Source: Balanoglossus misakiensis
Taxonomy: Eukaryota > Animalia > Hemichordata
Assembly: GCA_040954595.2 (NCBI GenBank)
Contig: CM082576.2
Coordinates: forward strand, 8,063,129 to 8,127,128
Length of the DNA: 64,000 bases
Direction of reading: 5' to 3'
Positions 1 to 14,520 of this stretch are shown one piece after another. Position 1 is the stretch's first letter. Every line of letters starts with the position of its first letter. A program made the position numbers and the translations under genes. The notes under the pieces were generated by a model. It had not been told where the DNA came from. It saw only the letters and a program-made list of their open reading frames with translations, and did no database searches.

Positions 1-387
1 TTGTGTGGGAACCGTTTGTGCACCTCCGCTCGTAGTATCGGGTTCTGCTCCACACTGCTCCCCTGGAGCCCGTTGCGCGGATCTGTGACATCGCTCGGCA
101 GACTCAGTTCCGGGGTTCCATCCTTTATGAGCACCTCTTGGGATGAAAATAAACGCCGGTTGCCGGCTTTGTTTGCCTACAAAACACCTGCGTATGTGGA
201 TTAAGATAAAGTGTTTCACCGACAATATTTTCATTTATATGCAGAAATATTGTATCATACAAATTTGAGTCACGGTTCGCTGTTTGACGCGTTACCGCAA
301 ATGTTGCTGTCCTGTTTAGTTCAAATGACCAAGTATTTTTTCAAGCGGCTGATAATCGTTAGTATTTGGCCAACAGATCAGCAATCA

Positions 388-672
388 TAGATGGATTTGT
401 GGGTGGGTGATTGGATGGATGGATGGCTGGGTGAATGGAAGGATGGATGGATGGAAGAAAAAATGGCAAGAAAGAAAGAAAGAATGAACGAACGAACGAA
501 CGAACGAATGAATGAATGAAAGAATGAATGAATGAATGAATGAATGAATGAGAGAATGAATGAATGAATGAATGAATGAATGAATGAATGAATGAATGAA
601 TGAATGAATGAATGAATGAATGAATGAATGAATGAATGAATGAATGGGTTGGTGGTTGGGTGGGTGGGTGGG
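388..672. repeat. Compound tetranucleotide microsatellite (GGAT/GAAA/GAAC/GAAT/GGGT)
   Basis: Long (GAAT)n core at ~505-646 with flanking related tetramers. Confidence 0.95.
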
Positions 673-3600
673 TCGGATGAGCTGGTGGGTGTGAATGGAT
701 TGCCCGTTGGACGGATTGACGCTGATTGACAAAACTGACACCAGATACAACCTTCAAGGTTGACTGGATGGACTGGTCGTCGGATGGTTAATTAATATCT
801 CCACAAAGTGTGGCGAATGCAGTAAACTGGAAATATTATAAATATATGTTATTGGAAAGATATAAACACCCGCGGTGAAAGTATCAGTAACTTGTCCTCG
901 GTTGCCATGTCGACAGACATTGCCTTGGCAACACAGAAAACAACTGCACTCGAGTTTGATGGACATGATGAAGTATCTTGGTATCATCTTCCAAATTTCC
1001 TGGCTGTGACGTCTTCATGAAAGACGAATCCAGGCAACACGCGCGTGGCGTATCAAGCGTTCAGAAAGAAAAGCTTTGGTCGGGTCGTGTGTCAAGATAG
1101 TGCGGAATTGTCTTTAAAACGATATAAACATGCATGGATAAGCGTTTGACTACAACCACTGCAACAGTTTGGCAAATTTCTGCCACTTCATGATTCGGAT
1201 CGAAGTTTCCACGCATATTCTCGTTTTAAAAGTCAGTGGCGAACCCATGCGTACAACCGATAACATATATTTATGGAGAAACTTAAAATGCGATACCGTA
1301 CCATTTAACATTCGAATACGAGCGACGGCATGTAAATAGTGGCAGGCGATTTTTTGCTAATCCATTTTTCTGTCAATTTTCCACGTTGAAACTGACCTGT
1401 CGCCCTACAAAAATATCCTTCCTGGGAGGTGGCCTTTGTAGGCACGGTCTTCTGTCAACATGTCTGAAGCGATACAAGCCAAGCTTAATTCCAAAGTTAA
1501 GTGCACTCGGGTCTGTTTTCCCTTTCTCTATGAATTCGATATGATATTGTAGTGTCTTTCGATACTCAACTTGTTTGTTTTTCTGTGTCAACGGAGTGCA
1601 GGGCGTATCGTATCGCGTCAGCCAACGGCTTTGATTATTTGGCCTAGGGACATACGCTGCACACAGTTGCCTAAATAGCGGTATTGAAATTTTTTACGCC
1701 GGGATACTTCCACATCGCCAAGACTAAACATTTTGCTAAGAAAGACAATCCAAACAAATCGTTACTCTGGCCAGTGTAAGTGATCGCCCAAACACGGCTC
1801 ATATATTGTCGTTAAAGTTTTGCTAGTATCGCGTTTTATTAAGATTCTTTACGCGGCCTCTGGGGTTCTGTTTGGATAATATTTTTTCCTGCGTGGTGGT
1901 TGGGGCACTCCACACGTCGTCCCGACGGCACGCCCGTTTTGGATGTCAAAAAATTGCATTGCTCATCTCTTGCTATTTTTAAAAAGAGGAAAAACAAATT
2001 CCCGGGCTTTAAACAAACGACCGAAAAACTTGCTGCCGAGGGGGGGGGGGGGGCTCATAGACAAGTAATAATACTCCTTGTATAGTGGAAATGCTTCCAG
2101 TAGACATTATAGTATTGCCTCACCGTTCTCTCTGTTCGCTTCGTTGGTGACAGGTAGGCACGACCCCTAGCGTTCAAAGACAGCAGGGTGGAAATCCCAG
2201 ATTCACTGGTGAGGAATCTCTCCCGTGTAGAAGTTGAAAGGGGAGCCACCCCCTTGCTCTAAACACACGCCCCCGTTTCAACAATTCCCTGTGAGGACTT
2301 ATATATTTATTTCAAGATATCAAGTTTAAAAACTTGGAACCGGTAAGAGTTATCCGTGACTCCTTTCTCTCAGAAGAGCGTGGCATCGATCGCCTTCGCC
2401 AAAAGCAGCACGAAACTATGTGTATTTGAATGCATCCGGTATTATTGGCAGTAGCATACGTACACGATGTAGCAGAAACAACGATGGCGCACATTTTTGC
2501 CCCACATCACAGCCCTGCCAATCGCATGGATAGTCCGGGGGAAAATTGCGGTAAAGTCGTGGAATTTTGGGGGCAAAAGTATTCTAAACACATATACTTG
2601 AATAACATTGACAATTTACAATGATCGCCAAGTTAGCAATGCGGGTGGAAATTGTAGAATATTGATTAACATGAAGGTAACATTATTATGATAGTAACCG
2701 GCAGAAAGAAGACCCTATATAAATCAAATTTGTTGAAGATATTATATTTCTATGAAGATATGGCTCTAGTCGCGATCCTCGTCTGCTCTAAACGAAACTC
2801 ATCAATCAACAGACACCGAAACAAAGGATGATTCATAAGTACCCGTATACAGACTCGGCTATCGGGAAATTTATACTAAACGCGACGGTTTTTTGATGAA
2901 ATGTTTATGAAATCAGAGGCGATCGATGTCGTTCAACAGAATCTGCATGTTTTTCTTTAAACTGTGTCGCCCGACCCATCTGCTGGATTTGGACTCAGTT
3001 TGGGGGCAGTTCTCTGCTCTAAAACATCCCACTTGCTGATGGTAATCTGCCCCTGCCGAGAGCAAGAGACAGACGAGAACCCCCCCCCCTGACATGACAG
3101 CGGATGAGTCGCCAAAGGTCAAAGTTCAAATAGTGTTTTATCCGCCGTGCACGCACAGAGCTCCAAACCATCAATCTTGTGTCTCCGCAGTGTCACTTAT
3201 GTACACACACAAACGCGTGTCTGTGTCAGCCATGTCACTTTTTTTTCCAGAGTCACGTGACACGCACCATCTATCAACAGGTGATATTGTACTAGTATGA
3301 TACGCCGAGTACGTGCACCAAACTAACAAGCTTTCGTGTAATCATAACACTCGATGAGTGTACAGAAAACCTGTGGTGAAGTTATAGAATTTCATCTCAA
3401 CTCAACTACATCCACGCACCCTCAGAGAGGACGGGCTGGTGGGGGGGGGGGGGGCGTTAGGGATGACGATTGATGTTGGGTTTATAGTCCCAAATATGGA
3501 GACTATTGCAGGTAAATGATGTACAGCGGTATTTACGTGAAACTCGCTCAAATTCACACCCACTATTTATATTTTGTCAAATTCCCGCGCATTCGTATCG

Positions 3601-6091
3601 CAAGCCTCGTATTCCCGTTTGCATCGAATGGGTGATAATTTGATACCGAAATGGCCGATAATTTTGAAAGTTCGCGGTCATAAATGCCATGTTCACAAGA
3701 CCAAGGCATCAATTCGTCGCGTTATGCGCGCCAACTAGTCTATCGTAATATTCTTATTGCATTTCTATGTCAGTGAAATAAATAGTGTGTGGGCCGAGAA
3801 GACTGGTTTCACAAAACTTAACCCTTTCGTTTCGTAACAATTAAGAAACTCCCCTTTCTACAGTTATTGCGTCATTTAAACGACAGCATACCCCCCCCCC
3901 GCCTTAAGGGGAAAGCCGCCCTTAATTTGGGATGAAAGCGCCATCCGATGCTTTACTCCAGACCTGTCGCATGTACAGCGAAATATTCGTGGCAGGCTGG
4001 TCGACTTTTCGTCTCAGTTTAAAGTACACGTCCGCTCTAATTGGTCGGTTGACTATCAGACGGCTGCTGGCCCAAGGTTTTTGGCCACTGTGAATGATGC
4101 CAATGCGACTGACCCACATGAAGGTATAGCTCCCAGGATTACTGAAACAACCCAGAGCGTTCTAAATTTACGACGCGATATTATATCCCGAAGGACGCTG
4201 GAATGAGGGGGGGGGGGGTGAAAAGTATTATAGTTTGCAGCGAATATCACGGAAAATGGAAACTTCGGATATCCGCCCACCAAAAAATAAACAGCGGTCG
4301 GTAAATAGCAGTGGGTCGCGCGAGTCGTAATTTAGCCCGCTCTTGGAAGTATTAAGAAAAAATGTTTCAAATATTTCTCATTTCGGTGCCGGTATGCGCG
4401 ACCGGAGTACACAGCGCCCGATGTCCAGTTTGGCAGACGGCGGAAAGTCACATTATACATGTTATAGCGAGAGCTGTCACAAGGAATCACCCGGCCCCCC
4501 GTTGATGGATTACCCATGCTCGGCTTGTAAAAGTCCGCCTTGTTGGCCGACTGTGCGCCTAAAGTGCACAATAAATCGTGGCATCAAAACAAACGACGAA
4601 GACGTTTCTGTCGTTGGTGTTTTCTTCAATCAAAACAAAACGACTTTGATTTATTCGATATAAAGTCCATTAAATGAACATTTATGAAGTCGTTCCGAGT
4701 CGAACAGCGGCCAACGCGATTTCTCCACTCAGGAGCGAGGCGTCCCCCCCTGTTGGCATCGAGAAAGGCAATACTCAGACCTGTTTACGTGCTCGATTTT
4801 CAACCCCCGTGCAAACTTCTTGGAAGGAAAGAACAACGTATTAACGCCCAGCTGTGCGGTGGGGACAACTCTGCACGCTGACTTATTTGTTTCTGAAACA
4901 AAGATAAGAATTGTGTCGTCGGGGTCTTCACGGGGGACACGGCATCAGATGATGAAATTGATTGGTGGCGTCTGTCACATTTCGTATCCCAAGTTACATC
5001 ACACGAGACGCTTACATGCTGTTCATTTCACGGCTGGTTTTTCCACACTTGCTCGTATCAATAATATGCTGTGAGCGTATTTAAGCACACTCACAAGTCG
5101 ATATAAGTTTACAAATCGCTGTCTGCGTTTCCCATTGAGAGCTACGCTGATAAATTAAACGGGGGAGATTTGTGTTGGTCTCGTTTCTGCGAAATGGATG
5201 AAACATTGTTGGGCAGTGCATCATCGGTTGCGCTGCTCACTGTCTGGGCTACTCAACGACCCGGCCAACAGTGAAAACTTTCACTTCGAGTTACACGAAA
5301 AATAAGTTTTAAGTTCAAAAGACATTTTTTCACAGACCATCATCATGATGTTTCTCCGTGTCGAAGTTTCGGGTTTCGTGCCCGTTTTCCCACGCTCAAA
5401 CGCGCGCTGTAAAGTCCGCCAATACCCGCGCCGTCGCGCCACTGGCCTTTAAAGTCCCCCCGAAAATACCAGATGAGCCCCGTACGTCTTCTCTTCCCGA
5501 AAGTGATATTGAACAGATTGCCACACGCATAAAACTTTATTTACCGCTTGTTTACGCAGGGTACGGTTTTAAATTGGCCACAAAATTAGCAAGTTATTCC
5601 AACGCCGGGCCCACGAGACCTGCTATAATAAATATTATTGTACAGAGGCGACATATCTCTTCCTCGTTGCTGTACGTGATTTCGCTGCAATTACGATACG
5701 GTTCACTGTCAACCTAATTGACTTCGCTATGGTGCGTTATGTGTGTGTGTGTACATACGCCATTATCGATATCACTGGGCGTGGGCGTTGCCACTAGCGA
5801 CAGATTTTCTAATCACCGAACGTTTGTACAAGAAATTTGACTGAGATTGGAATCGCTATTAAAACTTACAAAAATAAATTAGTGAAATTAAATTACTGGA
5901 ATAATTAGAAAAATATACAGTCCGGCCTCTAATGGTTATAGCATCGGTGAAGTGTTCACTTGAAAGTAGATTAGGAAACGTATCGCGAAGAATTTGTGTG
6001 GGAAAATATGCAAAATTGACATTTTTGATAACTCAATATCTAGGGGCAGTTGTTTTAAACTTCTGATATTTGTTAAACTTTTAGTTTTATA

Positions 6092-6139
6092 CTATATCGT
6101 TATATATAGTTGTATATAGTTATATATATATATATATGT
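6092..6139. repeat. TA-rich/(TA)n microsatellite
   Basis: TATATA runs with short interruptions. Confidence 0.8.
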
Positions 6140-8987
6140 AGTTTTGAACAATGGAGTGGGTAGAACGCATGATGGTTGAAATTGTATAGTAGCAGATATT
6201 TAGACGAGTGGGGGAAATAAAGAAATTGGATAGGGCAAATCGGTGAACTGTGCGTAACATAATGTACTGACCCCCTATCTGCTGTTGTTACCGGGCAGAC
6301 AAAATGTCGACACTCGTCTGTGAGTCATACGACTTATCACAGGGAAACACAACGACTATACACAAACAGAAGACTGATAGGGCCACTTCGCCTTCTGCGT
6401 CGTAAATTTCGGCAAATTGACCCTGTGTAAATATTGAATTTTCACCAGACTTTTTCCCGAATTCCGCACTGGAATTAGGTCCAGACCCGGAAGGGGGGAG
6501 ATGGGCCGGTTATGGGCGCTGCTCTTCGACCACGCTGCTGCCAGCCCCCCACCCCCCACCCCCGCCGGTGAGGTGAGGACCCCTCTGCAGAAAGATTTAT
6601 TCATGGCTTGTGTCCTGCTGTGTGATTCGGCGTTCTCCGCGGATTTTGCGCCTGACAGAAAAATTGCACTTGTTGACTTTTACGTCAGACGAAACAAAAC
6701 CCCTCTCCAGCGCGAAATTGTAACACCAGACCTGACAATTGAACATGTACGGTCATGATGGGAGCCAAAACTTTCCCCAGAAGTACCACGTAGAAAATCT
6801 CCTCCTCCCTCTTTTCCTGGTGCGACGACTTTTTTTCCTCGGCAAAAAAAGTCTTCCAGTCCCCCTCCCGCTGTCAGGAGAACACCGGCACCAACCGAAC
6901 TGATAGCGAGTCGCGCCACATCACTGGTGCTTTCGGGCGTTTTGGGTGTTTTTGGAATCTGTTATATCTCGTTCCTACTACTGACACCCCTTCGGGCGCA
7001 AATGCATTTACTTCAAACTTGAATTCCCCGTAAATACTTCCCATTGTCTCCTTGCTTGTGTTTACCCAGACGTCTTTGAGACTTGTGCTTCGAACTTCGT
7101 ATACCAAAACATCAACAAGTTGATTTGAAGCAAAAACAGCTGGCGGCATCATCCGCACTGCCGCTGGACGTCCGCACACGAAATAATGCGAAAATCAAGT
7201 TTGGAACTTTTTACACCGTATCTTATCACGGGAGGTCGATTCTTTATTTATTTTTCGTCTTTTTGACAGCAAAAAAACCTTTAGGTTCTCTTTAACTAAC
7301 AGAGGTATGTCGGATACTGCAAACGTAATGCGAGATAGTTGTCCCATTATGGCGGACGGCTCTGGTGATTTCATCGATGAAATAATCCGGCAAATTCTAT
7401 TGTCTCCGTATTTTCAACACCGTGTGGGGGACGAATTTTTGTCCATGAGTCGGGGGCATGATCCCTTTATTCTGTATAATCACCATGAAGAATCTCTGAG
7501 AATGTCCATTTCGGTTGTGAAATGTGCGATTTCTTTTCAGACATTTCAAATGACCCGGTCGATGCATGGGGGGAGGGGTGGTCGGCAAGAGCAGACAACC
7601 TTTCCCTGGCCCTCCTCTTTTTTTTATTTCAGGACTGCTATGTTCAGTCACGGGGGACTTGTACCCCGCCATGTGTGGCCTTCACTGCAGCTAACAAGCA
7701 TATAGCTACTTTAAGTCTCACTTTACCAAATATTTTCCGCGGGGAAACAATGGGCAGTCCAGCGAAGCGGTGGCGATCACCACTCGCCTTCATAAAACTG
7801 GCACCACTTCTCCAGCCTAAACATCCCATCGTATAAGGCAAAAGAATTTCGCTGGCCAGGCTCGGGGAATCGCCTGAGGACCGTAACTTAGAGGTGTAAA
7901 CACGCGTTGCTTGCTGGGAATGCCGGGGTGCAGGATTTCGAGAGCCAGTTTACCGGCAACATTTTTGACGTATTAAAAAAATCACGAATCAATTATCGTG
8001 TATTCTGCAAAATTAAAATTAAAGCGAGTAAATTATCATTTATTATGCAAAATGTTACAGGAGAATTTCTTTTAGAAGTTTATACATATACCAAAAAGTG
8101 TCGTCACCACTCGAGTAAATATTCTGACAGAAAAAACCCGAATTATGAAGGCCTTTAACGATTTCTTTCCGATAGAGCATTTTTATATCTCCGCATCCTC
8201 ATAAAAAGGCCAATATCACACACCAGAAGGAATGTATTCCCTGCTGCGAGCGACGAGTTAGCGTTCTTACAGTGGCCAGACGCCGAGTTGTCCACTGTCG
8301 GACCAGGAAGCCGCGGCTGGCCCGGACTGCGTTCTCACGTAACCATGACGCCAGCTCAATCGCTGTAACATGTGGCAATGGCTGTGACAGTGACGGCAAC
8401 ACTAATTAGATGAGTTACACGCAGTTTGTCTTAGCGGCATCAAACACGGCGAAATCGAAATGCAAGCCAGCCAAGCGTGCACCGATGTGATTCGGAAGCC
8501 ACGGTCATTAGCGGACCATTCACCGGACAACCTGATATTTTTGTTGGCTATTTGTATACCCCGATTGATAAAATGGCCAATAAATCGTCGGGAAACAAAG
8601 TTGTTATCAGTCTTTTTTATTAAAACAATACAGGAATGCCTTGGGCAGTGTACTTTTTGTACTCACGTGGACATAATACTCAATACAACACTATTAACAC
8701 TTTTACATACCCATATTCAACAATATTCTAATTTTCCTCCATTTCCATTACAAACTGAAACCCTGCCTTTTTTTGTTTTTCACCCTGCTTTCAGCAGTTT
8801 AGGGTTTTGTTCATTCCCACTATGTCACGTGACATGTCTAGCAGTGTGCTGTCCGCTTTGCTTCCATAACTAGATACTACACATTCAAACCACAGCAATT
8901 TGCCAAGTCATTCTCTTCTATATCACCTTTCCCACCATCCCCTCTTCCGCCGTCTCTCTCCCTCATCTCTCCTTCCTCCCTCCCCAC

Positions 8988-9042
8988 TCTGTCTGTCTGT
9001 CTCTCTCGCATACATACATACATACATACATACATAACATAC
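8988..9042. repeat. (TCTG)n/(CATA)n microsatellite
   Basis: Direct reading of tetramer runs. Confidence 0.85.
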
Positions 9043-12000
9043 ACAACAACACTTTACAATCGACGAAACACACGGTGACACAGCACCTGCTCGTTCCTTT
9101 AAATGTATGCAACCTTGGGATCGTCCGTCTCCATTAAAATATTAAATTAATTTAAACTCAAATTCTGTGTTGCCTGTAGGCCAGGCGGGAAAATGCGGAT
9201 GAGATCAGCACTCATCACGCCGCTTCTGTCCTCTATCAATGATAAATCAGACATGTGAAGTCGCGTCTATGCAAGTATTACTCCAGACACAACGCATCTG
9301 AGGTACCCATAGAATGTCGAAAGAAGCTGTCATCGACGGATTTCCAGCAAACGCGATAACGATATCACTGAGTGTCCATTGAGATATGTTTTATCGCCGT
9401 TTGCCCGACTATCTCTGAACGTCTTTCTGCGCCCGATCCCTGTCATCTCCCAAACTGCGCATTGCATGGACAAATCGTGTTAATCCGAGCAGTCGGTGAC
9501 GAAAACAGAACCACGTCGTCAGTTTTATTTCATGTCATGCTGAAATCTGGTGCAAGCAGGAATATTTTTTGAGGGAAAGTGTATAAATTGACGTTTTCTA
9601 GCGACAAGATGTCTTCACGTGATGACACGAGAGTGCGCCAACTGTCATCACTACCGCCGCGGAATCAATCGTGGGCGTTCGTTCTTCTACAAGTGCCGCG
9701 GTTTGCGTGCACAGTCGGCAGATGCCAGATTATCAGTGAGCCCCACTCACGAGCAGTCACATCCACCGCTACTCTGATCGGCCGTGGACCGGCGTGACTC
9801 TGCCAATCGACCGTTACCCGTCGCCATATCCGAGTCGGCGACCACCACAACCACCGGCGGTTGGATTCATCCACAGGTCGACGACTCGTCCAAAGATTCC
9901 TCGATCCATCGATTGGTCCCCTTCGCGAATCTTCTAATCGTGCATGAAAATCTGAAACGGAAACGAAGGACATAAAACGGATCGATTAGTCTCTTTGTAA
10001 GGACCCTGGACGCCATCAAGGAAAACAAACACTTTCGGTTGTTAAGCCTGTCCTGAAGCTTTAACCCTACACGTTTTTTTGTTTACAAAGAATTCTTCCT
10101 ATTTTTGTACAATGATAAACACTCGTGACGTAACCATGTTACATATTTCTTGTATTGACATTTCTCCGCTGTTTGCCACGGTTTGGGCGAAACTTCGGGC
10201 ATATAAACCCGACGATGTGGTTACAAGACAATTGTCAGTAGAGTGCAATATTATGACACAGGAAGTGGGACAATGACGTTTACATTCGTGAACAAGAGTC
10301 TATGATTACTCGATTTTTTCCGGTTTGGGTTTTGATTTTACGGTATACATTTCGTGTTTATTTTTTTCCATGTCATTCTGAGCAATGGGGTATGAATATA
10401 ACCCACAAACCCCCAAACTTAAAAATCCGGAACATCGACAAAAATCAGTACATGTGTGTTTGCGTGTGTTTCAGTCTGTGGTAGTCGACAACACAGATAG
10501 ACTAAAAAGTGCGCATTCAGAGGTATTCAGGTTATCGCTTGCACTGGGTGGAGGGACCCGCCAAAGAACAAAAGGAACGCATTTGCGTGGTAGTTCGATA
10601 TCGTGGCTCATTTCTACCTTATTCGGCGGAAATGCGAGCTGCTATTTCAACTGCCATGATTTCACTTAAGATAACACCGTTTCTGTTTGACTTCTAGCCC
10701 TTGTCAGCCCCGTTCCTTTTGTACCGTCCCCCTGGTTCGATTCTCTCAACATGTCTGGCCGCCCCTAATCACTGTTTTCCCCGGTGGTATCGTGTTGTCT
10801 CAGAGCGAGCCCCTGTTAGACATACACAGCCCCTGGAAAATATTTTAAGTAAGGACGTCCTTAGGGATATCACACAAGGGGCTGGCTGTGCCACACCATA
10901 CAGAAAGGATTGTAAACTCGTCAACTGGATAAGTGATCCTGGCGATATCGTTTTCCTTGCGGTAGACACGCGAATAGCTAGGGTAAACAGAACTCTTCTG
11001 CGGAAAACTAAAAAAAAGTCGATAAGTGTCCTTCGTGAAAATAATCGCGTCTGATTTGGCTGTGGGTTTGCATTATTACGACTGGTTGCTCGGATAGTCT
11101 TTGCTCGACTGTTTACTGCGTGTGTGGTGGGTGGGTGCGCAGGCGGATCGACTGGGCACTGCTGGGCTGAGAGCATATCTTGTCAAATGTGCTGTCTAGT
11201 TTTCTATTAAGGAGGTATGCGTTTTAGCGAAGAAATTGGCCTCTTTTAACCTCTTAAAACGTTGACAAACACTATCAGGCGTGGATTGGCTTACACGAGC
11301 CAAGAGGCTTGGGGAAAGCGCGCCAACGCTTTTGTTGCTCCTTCGCTCAGTTTTCCAACTGCCCCAGAAGAATGTAAATAGACCGGGTGAATTCAGAAGA
11401 AGGCTGCGTTTTTTTGTCCCGATTGCAGGCAGGTGACACGGAAGTTTTGGTCAAGATCGTTTAAATCGAGTGTTACTTACAAAGATGACGCGTGTGTTTG
11501 CGCAAAAAGGGTTTTTGAAAAAAATGAAATCGGCGCCGGTTTCAACCGCTGTCGATGTTGAATGAACAAATACGGAGCAGACATATGCCTCGTATCGTTG
11601 TTTGCAAACTTACTATTGTAGCCACTCTAAAACACGTTTTGTCGTTTAATACAAAGAGAGCCTGCTAACATTTTTGTCAAAACTTGTTCAGTGTTTTCTT
11701 TGTTGTTATTTTTTTTTGCAAACTTAAGTTACATCTTCCCCGAGGACGTTTGTCGCTAATTAGCCATGGAATAAACTGGAACACTTTTGCATTTTGTTAA
11801 AACCTTAAAAGTTTCGCACAACAGGTTGCAGAAGCATGGCACACGTTTACATACTAGTATTGTGGGTGGCACGTTTTTTGTGTCGGAGAGATAAATGTAA
11901 AACATGTATCATCATTGCGCTGGTGGATATAGTGGGTGTCTTTACACTTTCATGTTGGGGTTGACATATGTATTTGGAAGATTGTCGAGGACTGGAGCTA

Positions 12001-14520
12001 GTCGCGCTATGCATGTGTCCAGGCGAAACAAGTGAGACATTTATCGTAAACTGGATCAAGTAGCGAAAAAAATATACTTGGTACCGAGTTACGAGTATCT
12101 CCAAGCTGAGATCCGTCTTTTACGCCATTGTGTGGGAGGGGTGCGGGGTGGGAGGGGGCGACCAATACGGGGGGCACACAATGGACGTTCTGATGGCAAA
12201 ATTGGCCGCTTCGTTATTGACCGTTGGGTGGTGAGGGTCCGACAATACTGAAATTGCACTTACGCTTTGATGTGCTATGTCGGAGTCGCGCACATATTTT
12301 TTACGGACGTGACAAAACCAACTTTCCGGTTATTGACGGGTTAGTGGATCCCGTCAGATTGAATTGGATTTTGCCCCCACAAAAAGGCATGAATGCGGAC
12401 AAAAAAGAACCTTCTTATGTCGCAATTTATGTTTTGATTTGGGTTTCTCATGTTCAATGCGTTTGCCACAACAATGACAAATCTGACAAAGAATACTTCA
12501 TTAGTGTCTCTTTGAAGCCATGTTTGGAGAGCAGATTTGGGAGCTTGTCCAGAATGATGCGATTCATCCCTGTTTTCCAAACCCCTTTCAGCCAACACGA
12601 CAACACAACAACAAAAAACCCCGCGCCAGACCCAAGCCGGAGTCGATAATTTAAACAAGATTTTTTTTTCGTTGATGGAGGGTAGCACTCTTGTTTCAAG
12701 TGCTTCACACAATGGAAGTTGAAAAGTTGTTGTGCACTTGAGACGGCTGAGTGTTTGTATTGTTTAGCGAGAAAGCGAACGCTGTCAACACAAACAGTGC
12801 GGGCCTGCCTCAATTGCGATGCTTCCCCGTGAATATGATGCCACTTGTCAAAATAGCCGCGCAGTACAAGGGCGATTTCTATAGCCGGTAATCAGTGGAG
12901 TGAACAGTAACATCTTCCACGATGAATGCTATCTACTTTGTCGCCAATTAAGCTCCATTCGTCTTTTCATGATAACGTGTTAGCACCTCATTTTGGCCTG
13001 TCTGCCAACTTTGACATGGAGTTACGGAAACATCTTCCGATCCTTGCATGGCTCTTTCCCACAACGTGTTATAGTTATAGCCATTTCATCCTTACTAATT
13101 TCAACATCGTAGCTCTTTTTTCCATTCGTAGCTTTCTATAGACGCCCCTTCAAATATTTTGGGAAATCCCTCCAACCTCTCCAGATCGCCAATACCGCTT
13201 AGTCAAAAACGCCGACCTTTGACAGTTGCCCTAAATAGTTATCCACACTAACAAGATTGTCACCAAAAAAAGAAGACATACAGTCCACCCACATTCGTTG
13301 GAGGCCTGCAGTTTCAAGTCAAGTTGCTGTCAGCAACAGACCATGCAGTCAATGTGAAAACCACCGGCAGCGACTGCGTTCGTTACCTCCATCCATCCAC
13401 CGCGCCTTTGTTCGCTCTTCCTGGGAGCGGCGCAGCACCTTGCTGGGTTGGCAAAAAAGCGGAATTGTTGCGCTTTTTAGAGGACTTAAACATTTGCTGG
13501 CAAAACAGACATCAAAAGTTGTCACGGTTTATTATGAATTTCTTGTGTTGGACATTATACCCCAAACGCCCGTCGCACTGAATGAAAAGGTGCTCCTTTT
13601 TGCTCAAGAATGACATCCTTAGTGGGTTTTTTTTTAAATGAATGCCCCCTGCCATTTCTGTGTTTCCATGCTTCGTATGGCCGGCATAATAACCAAGGTC
13701 TTTCTGTGGGCGATCCTAACTTCAGGGATTTTCTTTAGTAGAAAGAAGAGAGAGGGAGAAAAACTCGACTTGTAACAAAAAAAGTGTTGTGACACAGGTC
13801 ATGTCTGGCTGTTGTGCTTTGGGGGGTTTTGATGAGGTGGTGAAAGGGGGCCCTTGCACCAAACCCTCGCCAACAAAAGCCAATGTTGTTCCTGTTTACG
13901 CATCAATACGGTGTAAATGGTAACATAATATTGTAGTTTTCCGTCCGTTTCACTGAATAGCCCCAGAAATGGGCGGTGAAACTCCCGTTCTATTGATAAA
14001 CAACAAAACGCACGGATGTCAATGCGTTTCAGTGTTTTCTATGATCGCGATTCAAATCATTACATGCACTCGAGTGAAAGAGGGGGTCACGGTTTCCCCC
14101 TAGTGCCTTTGAAGACATAGAGCCCCTTCTGCATTGTTCTGTTTGTGCACGTTGCCTTCGTCTTCTGACGATATAAGCCTTAATCTTTTAGAGGAAATAA
14201 TGTCCCATTATTCTTCCTTTCTTACGAGTTTGTTTTATTGTCCGCAGCACACAATTTCAGTTAGTTAAGATCGCAGATTTATAAAAGTGAATATTATCCT
14301 CCTTTTGATGGCTGGTGTTGGCCATGTCTTTGCACACCGTTATTCATGACTGTACATACTCCCCCCCCCCCTCGTTGACTGTACACATCCAACTGCTGAA
14401 AAGCAAAATCTTGACTGTCGGCTGCGAACCAAGCTTCACGATAGCTAAAGCTTCATTTTTAAAACGCGAGTTACCCGGACGTTAAGGTATGGCTCGGTAC
14501 GATCGTTTCATGGCATCTAT

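Noticed and set aside
359-757. ORFs with FIHS repeats, and similar poly-M/D/H/S/I, YIHT, SINQ, IYLS and NKQT ORFs elsewhere
   Set aside because: These are translations of stop-free microsatellites, not genes.
9913-9925. TTGGTCCCCTTC, matching the 5' half of miR-133
   Set aside because: The 3' half does not match and there is no convincing pre-miRNA hairpin.
10733-10743. GGTTCGATTC, a Pol III B-box-like string
   Set aside because: No A-box or cloverleaf; cannot support a tRNA or SINE.
10850-10863. 14-bp palindromes (TAAGGACGTCCTTA; also TTGACACGTGTCAA at 58749-58762)
   Set aside because: A few palindromes of this size are expected by chance in 64 kb, and they have no TSD.
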